Source: the human T2T-CHM13v2.0 reference genome, Homo sapiens. From it: a stretch of 64,000 bases of DNA. The stretch lies in assembly GCF_009914755.1 (NCBI RefSeq), contig NC_060947.1; one strand, 5' to 3'. A model generated the notes under the pieces. The model saw only the letters and a program-made list of their open reading frames with translations, was not told where the DNA came from and searched no databases. The translations under genes were made by a program, and so were the position numbers. Positions 45,918-60,673 of this stretch are shown here, one piece after another (positions within the stretch are counted from its first letter, which is position 1; the number at the start of each line of letters is the position of its first letter).

Positions 45918-47817
45918 TTTTTTCTTTTTTCTTAATTTTATTTCAATAGCTTTGGAGGAACAGATGGCATTTGGTTGCATGGAAAAGTTCTTTATTGGTG
46001 ATTTCTGAGATTTTGGTGCACTCATCACCCGAGCAGCGTACACTGTACCCAATGTGTAGTCTTTTATCCCTCACCCTTCTCCCACCCTTCCGCCAAGTCA
46101 CCAAAGTCTATTATATCACTCTGATGCCTTTGCGTTCTCATAGCTTAGCTCCCACTTAAAATTGAAAATATACGATGTTTGGTTTTTCATTCCTGAGCTA
46201 CTTCACTTTCAATAATAGTCTCCAACTCCACCCAGATTGCTGCAAATGACACTATTTCATTCCTTTTTACGGCTGAGTAGTATTCCAGCGTATGTATACA
46301 CATTTTCTTTATCTACTCATTGGTTGATGGGCATTTAGGCTAGTTCCATATTCTTGCAATTGTGAATTGTCCTGCTATAAACATGCATGTGCAAGTGTCT
46401 TTTTCATATAATTACTTCTTTTCCTCTGGATAGACACCCAGTAGTGGGATTGCTGGATCAAACGGTAGTTCTACTTTTAGTTCCGTAAGGAATTGCCATA
46501 CTGTTTTCCATAGTGGTTGTATTAGTTTACAACGCCACCAGCAGTGTAAAAGTATTCCCTTTTCACCACCATCTGTTATTTTTTTATTTTTTAATTATGA
46601 CCATTCTTGCAGGAGTAAGGTCGTATCTCATTGTAGTTTTGATTTGCATTTCCCTGATAACTGGTGGTGTTGAGCACTGTTTCATATGTTTGTTGGCCAC
46701 TTGTATATCTTCTTTTGAGAATTGTCTATTCATATTCTTAGCCCACTTTTTGATGAGATTTTTTTTCTTGCTGATTTGAGTTCCTCACATATTCTAGATA
46801 TTAGTCCTTTTTCAGATGCATAGTTTGTGAACATTTTCTCCCACTCTGTGGGTTGTCTGTTTACTCTGCTGATTATTTCTTTTGCTGTGCAGAAGCTTTT
46901 TAGTTTAATTAGGTCCCATCTATTTATTTTTGTTTTTGTTGTATTGGCTTTTGGGTTCTTGGTCATGAACTTCCAGAAGCTGTGATTTTTTAAAATTTAT
47001 GGTATCTATTTCTGTGGAGCATTTTTCATCCATATCCTGTATTGTCCTTTTTAATGTTTTTAAATTGGTTTTCACCTTGCTCTGGTATCTCCTTGTGTAG
47101 CTTAATAATCAGCCTCCTGAATTTCAGAGATTTCTTCTTGGTTTAAATACATTGCTTGGGGGACTAGTGTGGTCTTTTGGGGATGTTATAGGACCTTGTT
47201 TTATCATATTACAAGGATTACTTTTCTGATTCCTTCTCATTTGGATTAACTATTTCAGTGGAAAAATCTGGAACTCCAGGGCTGCTGTTTAGATTCTTTT
47301 GTCCCACAGCGTGATCCCTTGATGTGGTGTACTCCCCATTCCCCTATGGATGGGACTTCCTGTGAGCCCGTCTGCAGTGATTGTTGTTGCTCTTCTGGGT
47401 CTAGCCACTCACTGTGCCTACCAGGCTCTCTGCTAGTGCTGGGGAATGTCTGCAAAGAGTCCTGTAATGTGATGGATCTTCAGGTCTCCCAGCCATGCAT
47501 ACAAGTACCTGCTCTGGTGGAGATGGCAGCAGAGTGAAGCTGACTCTGTGATAATCCTTGGTTGTAGATAATGTTTAGTGTGCTGGCTTTCCCGAATGCT
47601 GGTTATGCTAGCAGTAAAGTTGTCACATGGACAGACTCAGGACCACGGGTTAGCCTGAATGTTGCAGGCAGTAGAATTAGTTTTTGTTTTCTCCTTCCTT
47701 GGAGCAGGGTTGTTCTGTCATGTGTTGCTGTAATGTTTTGGGTTGGTTGGCCTCCACCCAGGAGGTGGTGCATTCACAAGAGCACCAGCTGCGATATTAA
47801 AAGGGGAATATAAGCTT
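45918..47817 (-). mobile_element. L1PB1-like with a large internal deletion (3' end fused to ORF1-start/5'UTR)
   Basis: L1PB1 3'UTR antisense at 45930-46200; ORF2 breaks at about 46970 and ORF1/5'UTR-like sequence follows; TSD aaaatatatt / aaaatatctt. Confidence 0.8.
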
Positions 47818-48529
47818 AAAATATCTTAAATAAATGCCAAATAAATGTTCTTTTGCACTGTTTAGAGGTTTAATGTAGACTATGTATATTTCTACAAAAT
47901 CTAGTTCTCTTATGAGAATTCGATATCCATTTAAGGGAGCTCTTTTCTTTCGATGAAGGTTGATATGAATTTAGGAGACTTGGTTTACATTTTCTTCAAC
48001 CTGAAACTTTAAATGATGATTGAGAATGTGTAAAGTTGTCCCATATTTTTAAAATAAACTTTCCAAATTGGAAAGAAATTTAGGTCCGAAAAGAGCGTAA
48101 TGGTTCCTTTAGAGTGGACCACAGATAGAATACAAGTTGGAATCAACTTGCAGTTAGATGAGAGTGTCATAAAAATAATATGATTGAATTAATTTAGCTT
48201 ATATCAGCATCTCTGGCCAACCCTGCTTACAGGGTGCCCAGGGCTGAAATAAGAAGTGTTTCTGCCATTTATTTGCTGGGGTTTTGGCAGACATTCATGG
48301 CAGTGCTCATGCGGACCTTAAAGAGTACATTATTTTTATTTCCCTTCTCATTTTCTTAAGCAGTAGTTTTTGCTTTATGACTAATTAGGAGATAATAATT
48401 AGGTTCAGAATTTTTTTCTTCATTTTTAATATACTTTGAACCTTGCATAGGCCCCATAAACTAGTTGTATACATTTAACTTTCAGTTTTAATTCCTTAGT
48501 CTTAAGAAAAATAGCAATGGACTTTAAAA

Positions 48530-49600
48530 TATACTTTATTTTTCAGAGTACATTTAGGTTCACAGCAAAAACGAGCAGAAGGTACGGAAATTTCTATACA
48601 CCCACTGCCCCCATACAGGTATAACCTCCCCCATTATCAACACGCCCCACCAGAGTGGTACATTCTTTACAATAATGAGCCTACATTGACACATCATTAT
48701 CATCCAATGTTCATAGTTTGCAGTAAGGTTCACTGTTGGTGTTGTACATTCTATGGGTTTGAATGAATGTATAATGACATATATCTATCACTATACATTC
48801 ATTAATCATACAGAGTATTTTTACTGTTCTAAAAATTCTGTGATCAGCCTATTCATCCCTCTCTCTGTGCCCCAATAATAAGGTTTAAATCTAAGAAAAT
48901 ATGTACAGCCCCAGGCAACCACTGATCTTTTTACTGCTGCCATATGCTTGCCTTTTCTAGAATGCCATAGGTTTGCCTTTTCTAGAATTACAGTTGGAAT
49001 CATACAGTATGTAGGCTATTCAGATTCACTTCTTTCCCTCAGTAATATGCATTTAAGGTTCCTGCATGTCTTTTCCCAGCTTGATAGCTCATTCTTTTTA
49101 GCACTGAATAATATTCTATTGTCTGGATGTACTATAGCTTATTTTCCCTTCACCTACTGGAGGATCTTTTGGTTGCTTTCAAGTTTTAGCAAGTATGAAT
49201 AAAGCTGCTCTATACATCTGTATGCAGGTTTTGTGTAGACATAAGTTTTCAACACCTTTGGGTAAGTACCAAATAGTGTGATTTCTATGTTTCATGGTAA
49301 GTGTGTGTTTGTCTTGTGAAAGACTGCCAACCTTTCTTCCAAAGTGGCTGGCTGATTTTACATTGCCACTAACAATGAATGAGAGTTTCCATTGCTCTAC
49401 ACCCTGGCCAGCATTTGTTGTTGTCAGTGTTCTGAACTTTGTTCATTCTAATAGGTGCGTAATAGTATCTCACTGTCATTTTAATTTGCATTTCACCGAT
49501 GACATGTGACATAGGGCATCTTTTCACATGCTTAATTGCCATCTGCAAGTCTTCTTTGGTTAGATGTCTGTTAAAGCCTTCAGCTCATTTTTTTGTACTA
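48530..49600 (-). mobile_element. L1MC1-like 3' fragment
   Basis: ttaggttcacagcaaaa...ccccaccagagtggtacatt...cctacattgacacatcattatca. Confidence 0.8.
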
Positions 49601-49614
49601 GGGTTGTTTATGTT

Positions 49615-49830
49615 ATATAAAATTTTTAGTTATTTTGAATACATAATAGTTGTACATATTTATGGGGTACATGTGATATTTTGATATAAATATACAATGT
49701 AATCAAATCACAGTAATTGGGGAGTCCATCACCATAAGCATTTATCACTTTTTTGTGTTATGAACATTTTAATTCTACTCTTTTAGTTATTTTGAAACAT
49801 GCCATAAGTTATTGTTAACTATCACTCTCA
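49615..49830 (-). mobile_element. L1MA5/6-like 3' end
   Basis: tacataatagttgtacatatttatggggtacatgtgatattttgata. Confidence 0.75.
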
Positions 49831-50324
49831 CTAAAAATCAAGGGAAATTTTCCTCTGGAAATCCAAATTAATGTCAAGGCCTTTAAGACCCCAAGGAAAA
49901 TTTAATTTAACTTATAAAGAAGATATCAAAAATATCTCAAGAAATTTTTGGGACAAAGCTAGACGAGTTCAGGGCTAAACAAGATATAATCAAAATGTAA
50001 AAAGCAATGCTTGAAGTTTCTATGACAATTTGTTAACCTCGAGTTGTAGAAACTCCCTTTATCCTTGCTGAATATGATTTTATCATCTAAAGGATTAAAT
50101 GGTTTTTTTGTGTGGAGATGTTGGGTAAGAAAAATGAGACAGATACATTTGCCATATGGCTGTAGGTAGCAAGATATTTTAGAACACATCAGACAAATAT
50201 ATGCTCATCCATGCTTCACGGTACAAGCATATACCGTGGATTAAATAACTATGGTCTCCAGGTTCAGTTCCTTTATTATTATCATATTCTACAAACCTAC
50301 TTTAAGGGATATTGTATTGATTTA

Positions 50325-50900
50325 ATCATCATTTATGTACTTATTAAAATATTTCTTGTTTCTTACGTGGTAAGCACTACTATAGGTACTACGGATTTAG
50401 TAGTTGAAAACCATGGTCTCAAGCTTTTAAAGCTTACAGTCTATGGAAGATAGACCCACCAATACATATTAAATAATGTGTGATGACTATTATTAAAAGA
50501 GAAATGTAGAAGATATGATGACATATAGCTGAAGGAAGCCTCACTGGAGAAATACATAATATTAGGTGATACATATAAGAAAAACTTGCAAAGAACCAGT
50601 CATTTTACTATGTATGAAGAGTAAAGTTGTTTGGTAAACATATTAAAACAGTTAAGACAGAAGTAGCAAAGTTAGTAAATGCATGTATGTTTGGGGACCT
50701 CTAAAAAGTTAAGAAGGTCTTAGGCTAAGATGAGGTTGGAAAAGTAGCTTGGGAAATATGTTTAATGATACAAATTCCAAGCTAATGATTATGGACTTCA
50801 ATCTACATGCCCTGTTAATATTATGGCTATGCCAGGGAGAACTTAAAATCATAGGACAGAGAATATGGCACATCTTCATCTTCCCAGAACATGAATTTTA
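50325..50900 (-). mobile_element. L2 fragment
   Basis: aagcactactataggtact...catggtctc...agcttacagtctatggaagatagac; diverged. Confidence 0.45.
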
Positions 50901-51233
50901 CTGGAAGATATGTAAAAATTAGCAGAAGACACATTGTGGAATAGGAGCATGATACTGATGTGACTTGTAAAGGAAAAATAAATTAGGCTGATAAATTTTC
51001 AATTGTTGGTAGCAATGTTATAATTCAAATTTATTCAGCACAATAATTACAGAACTGAAGGGATAGATATTTGGTCATTTACTGGCATGGAGCCATTGAC
51101 AAGTTTAGCTAAGCAATGTCATGCTCATGGTACCTAGCAAGGCTTCAGTTGATGGGCATAAACTGAGTATAGCAATTTATCTTGAGAACATTTTTAATTT
51201 GTTAAATATTTATTTTGTAACTAAGAAATTATT

Positions 51234-52056
51234 TGGTGTGAGATGGTATCTCACTGTGGTTTTGATTTGCATTTTCTGATGGCCAGTGATGATGAGCATT
51301 TTTTCATGTGTCTGTTGGCTGCATAAATGTCTTCTTTTGAGAAGTGTCAGAACGGCAATCATTAAAAAGTCAGGAAACGACAGATGCTGGAGAGGATGTG
51401 GAGAAATAGGAACACTTTTACATTGTTGGTGGGACTGTGAACTAGTTCAACCATTGTGGAAGACAGTGTGGCGATTCCTCAAGGATCTAGAACTAGAAAT
51501 ACCATTTGACCCAGCAATCCCATTACTGGGTATATACCCAAAGGATTATAAATCATGCTGCTATAAAGACACATGCACACGTATGTTTATTGTGGCACTA
51601 CTCACAATAGCAAAGACTTGGAACCAATCCAAATGTCCATCAATGATAGACTGGATTAAGAAAATGTGGCACATATACACCATGGAATACTATGTAGCCA
51701 TAAAAAGGATGCGTTCATGTCCTTTGTAGGGACATGGATGAAACTGGAAACCATCATTCTGAGCAAACTATTGCAAGGACAGAAAAACAAACACCGCATG
51801 TTCTCACTCATAGGTGGGAATTGAACAATGAGTACATTTGGACACAGGGTAGGGAACATCACACACCAGGGCCTGTCATGGGGTGGGGGGAGGGGGGAGG
51901 GATAGCATTAGGAGATATACCTAATGTAAATGACGAGTTAATGGGTGCAGCACACCAACATGGCACATGTATACATATGTAAGAAACCTGCATGTTGTGC
52001 ACATATACCCTAGAACTTAAAGTATAATAATAAAAAAATCCCAACAATTAAAAAAA
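51234..52056 (+). mobile_element. L1PA5 with 5' inversion (twin-primed)
   Basis: 51234-51348 antisense, 51346-52056 sense; 3'UTR aatgtaaatgacgagttaatggg...ccctagaac; TSD aagaaattatttg / aagaaattagttg. Confidence 0.92.
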
Positions 52057-53013
52057 AAGAAATTAGTTGATTTTAGTCTCACTCTATGTATATATAAGAT
52101 TTCCTTAGGAAAACGACATATAAAAAAGATAAATCTATATTTTAGCGGTGGCATTTTGCAGGCTTTTTTGCACTCAGATATCTTCCAGGGAATAATAGGC
52201 CAAGTCAACTGTTCATGATTACATTCCTAGAGAGGGACTCTGGATCCTCGGGTTTGAATGAAAAGATACTGGGCTACCTAGTAAAAGATGTTTATATTAA
52301 CTCTAAGGCGGCAATAGATAAATGATAGATATATTAGGTAGACAAAGTTCAAATAAATACATTTGAAAATCAAAATAATAAAATAAAATCTCTTCGGAAA
52401 GTTTCAGATACAATTCCTAAATTTACCTTAACTTAAAGCATTGCTTGACTGAAAGTAATATGGAATTTTTAGTTTGGTGAGTCTAATGCATGCAGGTGCC
52501 TTCTGAATTGTCTGCTTTTCTCAAGCATCTAGGAGATGATAAGCAGGAGGTCGGGATTAACCTGTGACAGCCAACCTCTCCAGATCTCTAGGTAATGCCA
52601 GGTAATCCAGGAGTGCATCTTTCAGCTTGCTCCACTAGAATTCAAAATGCCACATAAGCGTCCAAGGGGTAGATACAGCTTGCCTTCAGAGGACATTGAG
52701 ATGGAAACATCTTGGTCAGTACCCCATAAAGAGTCTAGACGTACATTCGAGTCCAGATTTGTTTTGATTGTTGTAGTATTATCTTTCATTATTTTATTGT
52801 TTTCTTATAAAATTAAAAGATACCAAAGTTAAAGAAAATAAGATTTCCTGATTAAAATAAGTACTTGTCAAACTAATAATAAATATAATTAATATATTTA
52901 ACTAAATATTTGAATTTTGTGAGAAATGTTAATTATTTTGCTGGCATTTCATGGGAATGTTGGTTTTACGAAATAGAGTTGTGTTTGAAATTACAAAGGA
53001 GTATTTATGTTTG

Positions 53014-53542
53014 TGTGATTGTTAATTTTAGGTGTCAACTTTCCTGGATTAAGGAATACCTGAAGAGCTAATAAAGCATTATTTTTGGGTGTGTCAGTGA
53101 GGGTGTTTCCAGAGGAGAATGGCATGTGAGTTGGTGAACTGAGTGGGGAAGATACACCCTTAGAGTGGTCAGGCACTATCCAACTGCTGGGAGCACAGAT
53201 AAAACAAAAAAGCAGAAAAAAAGAGAATTTGTTTTTTCTCTCTGCTGGAACCAGGACACCCTTCTTCCCCTGCACTTGAACATCAGAACTTCAGGCCCTC
53301 TGGCCTTTTCATTCCAAGACTTGCACCAGCAGCCCCCTCGCTCACAGGCCTTCAATATTGGACTGAGATTTACATTACTTGCTTCTTTGGTTCTGAGGTT
53401 TTCAAATTTGGACTGAGCCATGCTACCAGCTTAGCTGGGTCTCTAGCTTTTAGATAGCCTGTTGTGGGATGTCTCAGCCTCCATGATTACGTGAGCCAAC
53501 TCCCCTAACAAATCTTCTTTCATCTATCTATCTATCTATCTA

Positions 53543-53585
<43 letters not shown>

Positions 53586-53663
53586 TTCTGTCTGTCTGTC
53601 TATCTATTTATCTATCATCTATTATGTATTCACCTATCCTATTGGAGAACTCTGACTAATACA
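53014..53663 (+). mobile_element. MLT2B-type solo LTR (ERVL)
   Basis: tgtgattgttaattttaggtgtcaact ... gactaataca; perfect 5-bp TSD gtttg. Confidence 0.9.
53521..53620. repeat. Compound (TCTA)n(TCTG)n STR within MLT2B
   Basis: Direct observation. Confidence 0.95.
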
Positions 53664-54820
53664 GTTTGTAATAAAACAAATTTTGCTAATTGTGTGTACT
53701 TACTTATCCTCCTAATCTATAAGACAGAAAAATTCTAAAAAACAGCACTACTATTTCACTGCATTATTCAAACCATTGCTTCTTTGGAATTTGACAAATG
53801 AATCATGACATAGATTTATACACAAAAGCTCACAAAATATGCACTTTAGAATCACAAAAAACTTCTCATCCACAGTCCATTTACATAAAAATAGATATCA
53901 TAGCTATCTCTCCTTTTCACTCTTCCTACTTTTTCAATTTCCGCTACTCTTCTACCACTTTTACTAACATTTTCCCCAATACAAAGGGAAATTGTTTTCT
54001 TCAAGATTTTAGAACAAGAATGATTAATTTGCCTTTTAGCCATTGTTTTACATTTTCATGAATTTTGACTTTATATAGTTTTTATCATTGCCTGATTACA
54101 TACTCAAGTAAGTATACATTTGAAGATGACAACTATATATAACTACATTTAAGTGTTTAAAAATGGTATCTACATGGCTTTGTCAATATTGTTGAAATGA
54201 ACTGAAGATTTTTAAGCAAGCATAGTTTGGATTCCACCTGAAAGAAACAGTACATTGATGGTTCCCAAGCTCTAGTCATACCGCAAGTGACCATCTAGGA
54301 TAGTTTCATATGCCTGTGAATTGATGCAGAAATTTACCTGCAGATCAAAAGTGCCACAGGATATAAACATTGTGTGATGATCGCATTCTAGCCAAGGTTA
54401 AAAAGAATATGTGGTGCTTTGAAAATTTTGAGATTTTTATGTTTTAAAAGCTAGATATTTATACAATTATGATATTTAAAAATATTTAAATATGTTATTA
54501 AAACTCATTAAAGATATTTTTCCAATGAAAGCAACATATTTTCAACCAGGATAAATTTGGTTTGTATTAGTGGATATTGAGGAACAAAAAGAAGAGATTA
54601 GATAAACAGTGCTTCAGTCATGTTCCATGAAGAATTGTACCTATAACTTCTTTAGTGAGTCAAGAGAAGCTAGTTCACAGGTACATTAATATTTTCTCCA
54701 TGTCTGCCACATTAGGCTCTTAAAGTTCTTTCCTGTTTCTATACTTGCTCTCCTAATACCTTCATTATAGAACATAGCACACTAAAAGTATTGATTTACG
54801 TGACGGTCATCCCTTCTAGG

Positions 54821-54995
54821 TCAGTAATACTCAAAAATAGCTGGAAAGCTTGTTAAACATGGGGATTCTTAAAGCCTCACTTCCAGAGTCTGATATAATA
54901 GGTTTAGGGTATGCACAGAAATCTGTGATTTTAATCAGCACCCCAAGTTATTTGTCATAGATTATCCTCGGACTACCATTTGAAACCAAAATCTA
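54821..54995. mobile_element. MER5-family hAT MITE, apparently inside an L2 3' remnant
   Basis: ctggaaagcttgttaaa...agagtctgat...taggtttaggg...aatctgtgattttaa..agcacccca. Confidence 0.6.
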
Positions 54996-55169
54996 GTCTA
55001 TAGGGCAGGATCATGTCATAGTAATTTTTATTTTAAATCAGGTGATGAATAAATGTTGAATTTTAAGCAAAGTTCAAAGTTCAATTGTAGACATTTCAAT
55101 TCAAATATAAGAAGTGGCCCATGATAAAGTAATATCTAGCTTCATAATGTTGAACACCGTCCTTTATCA

Positions 55170-55716
<547 letters not shown>

Positions 55717-56223
55717 TTCCTGATCCCATTAAGAACTTCTCCCCCATTTTTCCAATGGACATCCTATATGCACATCCATGGGATGGAACATATTCTGCAG
55801 ATAGTCAAGTATTTTTCCCTAGATATTTTTTACTTTGCTCTACACATATGCTTTCTCTATCTACTGAACTAATAATGTTACTCACTAGATCAAACTTGGC
55901 CTCTGAATTACAAAAGTCTTTTGAAACATATGGCAGAGAAAATCTTGAAAACCAGTTATATTACTTTCAAGAGTCAGGTATTTTGCAACACAAAAAGCTA
56001 AGCCTGGACAGAAACTTGGCAAAAAAATGTGTGCACTAAATGATAGATTTGAAACAGATAAAAAAGATTCAAACCACCCTATCTTTATAGATTAGATAAA
56101 GATTGCGGGAGCTGAAAAAATAGCTCCTGAGAGGGGGGCTGGCATCATTCCATCCCAGAATGATGAAAACACCAGGCAGGTCTGGGGCAATCTGAGAGCA
56201 GAGGCGAATTGTGATTCATTCTC

Positions 56224-56236
56224 TGGGCAAAGTCCA
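56224..56236 (+). promoter_or_regulatory. Candidate HNF4 (DR1) site
   Basis: tgggcaaagtcca matches the HNF4A GGGCAAAGTCCA motif, in repeat-free sequence. Confidence 0.35.
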
Positions 56237-57324
56237 AAGAAGAAGCAGGTTTCACGGTGAATTTCTTTATTACTGCATGGAATTACATTTGTGAAGCATA
56301 AATGATGCGAAGGCACATGTAAAGAAAGAGCACTTTAGAGCAAAGAGCATCTACAGCCACAGAAAGTATTCCTAAATTTCCTATGCCATTTAAGAGAAGT
56401 GCAGGTATGTCTAAGAGAGGGGCAGATATATTTTCCCTACCGACAACGTAATATTATGGTAAGGTCTCCACCATTTTCCGTCTTTCTTATTACTAATCAC
56501 CTCCATAACCTGTGGTCAACTCTGAGGATAAGGGAGGAAGAAAAATTTCCCAAATGACTGAATCAATACCTTAAATGTCTAAGGAGGAAAAAACCCCACC
56601 GACCAAACAAAACTATACTATCATAATTTATCTGGAAGTGACTAAATTTTATGCCATGTAGAAGGATGTGAGCTTCAACTAGAGATTATTATTCTATAGA
56701 AGTTTACATTTTAGAATAACTATTTTGTTGCTTTAGTATATTTTCCCATATATAGATAGAGACTTGTAGATACACAGTAGTTGTTTCAATCTTCGTTTTG
56801 CTCATCCAATTGCCTGAGCTATATCTCTTTATAAAAATTTTCTCACTTCTGTCTTGACCCTATCAAAACTCCTGCTGACCTCCACTTGGGAGCATTCACT
56901 GTGAAGTGTATGCAATAATATGATGAAAGTAATTCACATCAACTTATGATAATCTGAAGTGAAAAAGGGAATAGTGGATTTCAGAGCAGTGAGTCTATAT
57001 ACTTGCATATTTTGGATGTTCAAATTGAAATATATGTAACTAGTTATGCCGTTTATAGTGTCTTTCACTTGCCATGCCAACTCTTACATTCAAAGGGTAT
57101 AAAAGTAGACTCATGCTTTCTTCAACTTTGCAAATGATCCTCACTTTACACTAAACAAAGAGTTTTTGCTCATCAAATTTGAATTAGGATCATGTGTACT
57201 CAATATGTATAACATACTAGGATACATCAAATACACGGGTATTCTCCCAGACTACAAAAAATATGTCTACTATCTTAAAATCATTCCCCATGTACAGATG
57301 GGTGATATATGAATATCAGAGGTG

Positions 57325-57430
57325 TGTTCTTATCTGTAAAAAAGGAATAATAATAATAATACCTGCCTTAAATAGACATGCTTTTGAGGATTAAATGAGA
57401 TAAAGTTAGAAAACTTTCCTCAAAAATGTT
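57325..57430 (+). mobile_element. MIR fragment
   Basis: tatctgtaaaaaaggaataataata...acctgcct...tgaggattaaatgagataa. Confidence 0.7.
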
Positions 57431-58134
57431 GGTTCTTTCCCCAGGAACATGTCTCTTTCAGGCTCAGAGATGTCAAATATATTGACATTTTTAATATAAC
57501 TGGACAAATAAATAGGACTAACTACAAGAATTAACAGTCGTACAATGTCAACATATAGTGAGAAACTAGCTATGGACCATGACTTATGTGATTTGGATGA
57601 AGTAAACTACTATGTAATAAGAGGGAGACTGCTAAAACATTTCTAAGAAAAGCAAATGAGAACAAAATCAAGTATAATTAGAAGTTCTGAAGAAAAATAA
57701 GAGGACATAGCTAAACACGTTTTTGGACTTCAAAATACGTTCTTATATTGCTTTTTCTCCTACAAAAGATAGATGCTATTATAGTACTGGACTTATAATA
57801 GATAAGAGACTAGTTCTTGTTTGATTTTGTGAAGCACTGTGAGATTAACCTGGCTCCTTTCTGCCCATTCCAAGCCTAAAGTCCTGAGGGTGGTGGGCTG
57901 TCACTTTGGCATCTCATTCCAAAATTTGTACAGAATTCAGCCAGGCAATGGATGGATGAAGTGATTATAAAAGTGAAGGTATTTCAGGAAGAAACATAAC
58001 TGCATTCATAAGTTGTTCCTCCATTATCTCCATTGCCTTTCACAATCTCAGATGTTGGGAAAACATTAAAATGCACAAACATCACAGTGTATGGGCAAAA
58101 TCATGAATGTAGAAGTAAATATTCAAGCTCAAGT

Positions 58135-58400
58135 ATTTTGTAGCTCTGTGATCTTAGTAAGCTATTTTGCCACTCTGTCAATTTCCTAAAGGCTAAAATG
58201 TGAGCAATAATATTTCAAATGGTTTTGTTGTGAAAATAAATACAGCCTTTAACTTAGTATCAGCATAGAATAAATGATTGTTTTTTTCAATGAGTGTGTT
58301 GAAAAAATGAATTATATTAACTAAAATTTGCTTGGTGTTTGGCATATAATAGGACTCAATAAATGTTAATGACATAAATCGATAAATGAATGAACCAATG
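58135..58400 (+). mobile_element. MIR fragment plus MIR/L2-type terminus
   Basis: tagctctgtgatcttagtaag...ggttttgttgtgaaaataaa; tggcatataataggactcaataaatgtt. Confidence 0.5.
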
Positions 58401-59395
58401 AATAAAATAAGCAAACCCAGAGAAAAGTCTCTAATAATATGTCATGAAGTTCTATCTTTGGCCATTTCTTGTTCTTGCCTTCATTGCTTATATAGAAGAG
58501 AAGCCATTCTCAGACCAGGGATTTCCATATATCTTCTTTATAACATTATCTGTGGCTTTATCGTGCTGATGTTTACTAAGCCAAAGCACATCTTAGACTC
58601 TTTGGTCACCACTGTTTCATAATCTAGTTCAACTGATGTTCCAAAATATTTTACTGAGAACATTTTACTCTTCTATGTATTCCTTAAAAATGAAACTGAC
58701 TGCTATTAAAATTAAGAAAACGTCCTAATTAAAATTATGGCTTTTTTCAAGGTTTCCAGGTTTTATTACCTTTACAACTTTACTTGAGGTTTACAAGTGT
58801 TCCATACAATTAACTCTTGTTTCATATATAATAAAAGGCTAGGCATTTTATTATAAATATTAGAGATGCACATACAGTTGACACACTCGTCTCCTAATAT
58901 CAATTTTAAGGCATGTCTTAGTGCTTTATTATGTATATGAAATTTGCCACTTGGAAAACATATGTATCATACTTGGGATTTCTGTACCTAAGGAGATAAT
59001 TTTTTCAAGCTATTGTGAGATAAATATGCCCATGGGAAGACTGTAGAACAGGAGACGTTCTCTCATGATCATTCTATAGCATATATGAAGGTAAAGAGAA
59101 TACCTCTTAACCTACTTATCATAATAAGCATTGCATTGTTACAAAAAAACTGTTGCATTAATAAAAAATTTCCTAAAGTACATATATCATTTTAAAAGTA
59201 GCTCCAATATTAAATCAGCAATTACCTTCACATTGGAACTCTTTTCTGTGTTGTGCCTGAGGCAGCTTCCAGAAGTCATACAGAGGTAACAGCTGCCACA
59301 AAAAACTGAGGACTTAGGGAAGCCCACAGTACCAGAAATTCCATCTTTTAGATGGATGCCAAGTCAGACTAGGGAATATGACTTAAACCTTGATG

Positions 59396-59490
59396 ATCAG
59401 AGAGGAATGTCTGTCTCTGTGTGTGTATGTGTGTGCATGTACATACACGTGCACACATACACCCACACACACTTTGCAAGTCAGATAGCA
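59396..59490. repeat. Inverted repeat arm 1 (95 bp; partner 60674-60768)
   Basis: 87/95 identity to the reverse complement of 60674-60768 by manual alignment. Confidence 0.92.
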
Positions 59491-59892
59491 TTCGATTGAC
59501 AATTACTGTCACATTTAACTTTGCTATGCCCCTTTGAATATGCACTTAGATAAAAAACTTTTCTCAGTATCTTAAATTAATGTATGGAGCCATGGAGTCC
59601 TATTCTTATAGCTAGAGTTGGCGCTGTGTAAAATGGCTATTACGAGACATCTCTTGTTCACAGGATGACCTGGTTTTTCAATTTAGAAAATCATCTCGTA
59701 TGTTAAGGAACTAAAATGACATGGTCAGTAAAGCACAGACATGGATGGTACGGATCTAGTTAGCGGGCTGACATATTGCATCATGAACTATTCATACATG
59801 AAGTTTTCCATTATTTTAAAGGGCAGCCTGATTGAAATTGAGATTCACTATGTTAATTCTTAAACATACATAGTGTTTAGATCAGGAAGTAA

Positions 59893-60330
<438 letters not shown>

Positions 60331-60673
60331 TAAGATTTAACAGCCTATAAACATTTCTTTACAAGTGCTTTTTTTCCCGAAAGACTATCAAAATAAGAAC
60401 AATATTTTTCTAAAGTTGATATTTAGAAATCTTTTCCAAAAACTATGTAATAATGTGCACTTCATAGGATTGTAATCTATTAACCTGATAACAGTGCTTG
60501 ACACACAATAGGTAGTAAATACTTGGTATTTGTCATTGTTCGTTGTGGACACTACTTAAAAATCTCTCATTGTACACATAAAATAGAAAATAAATAAGTT
60601 TAATGGCTTATTCCTGGTAATGATAAATAAATAATAAAATTTATTTTACATTTATTTATTTATTTGTTTATTT

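Noticed and set aside
48948-48990. Small tandem duplications (ttgccttttctagaat x2; also 37040-37100 and 61666-61697)
   Set aside because: Ordinary slippage events with no further structure.
51286-51729. 147-aa ORF with Cys-rich motif
   Set aside because: Chimeric read-through of the L1PA5 inversion junction into the ORF2 C-terminus; no promoter or evidence of exaptation.
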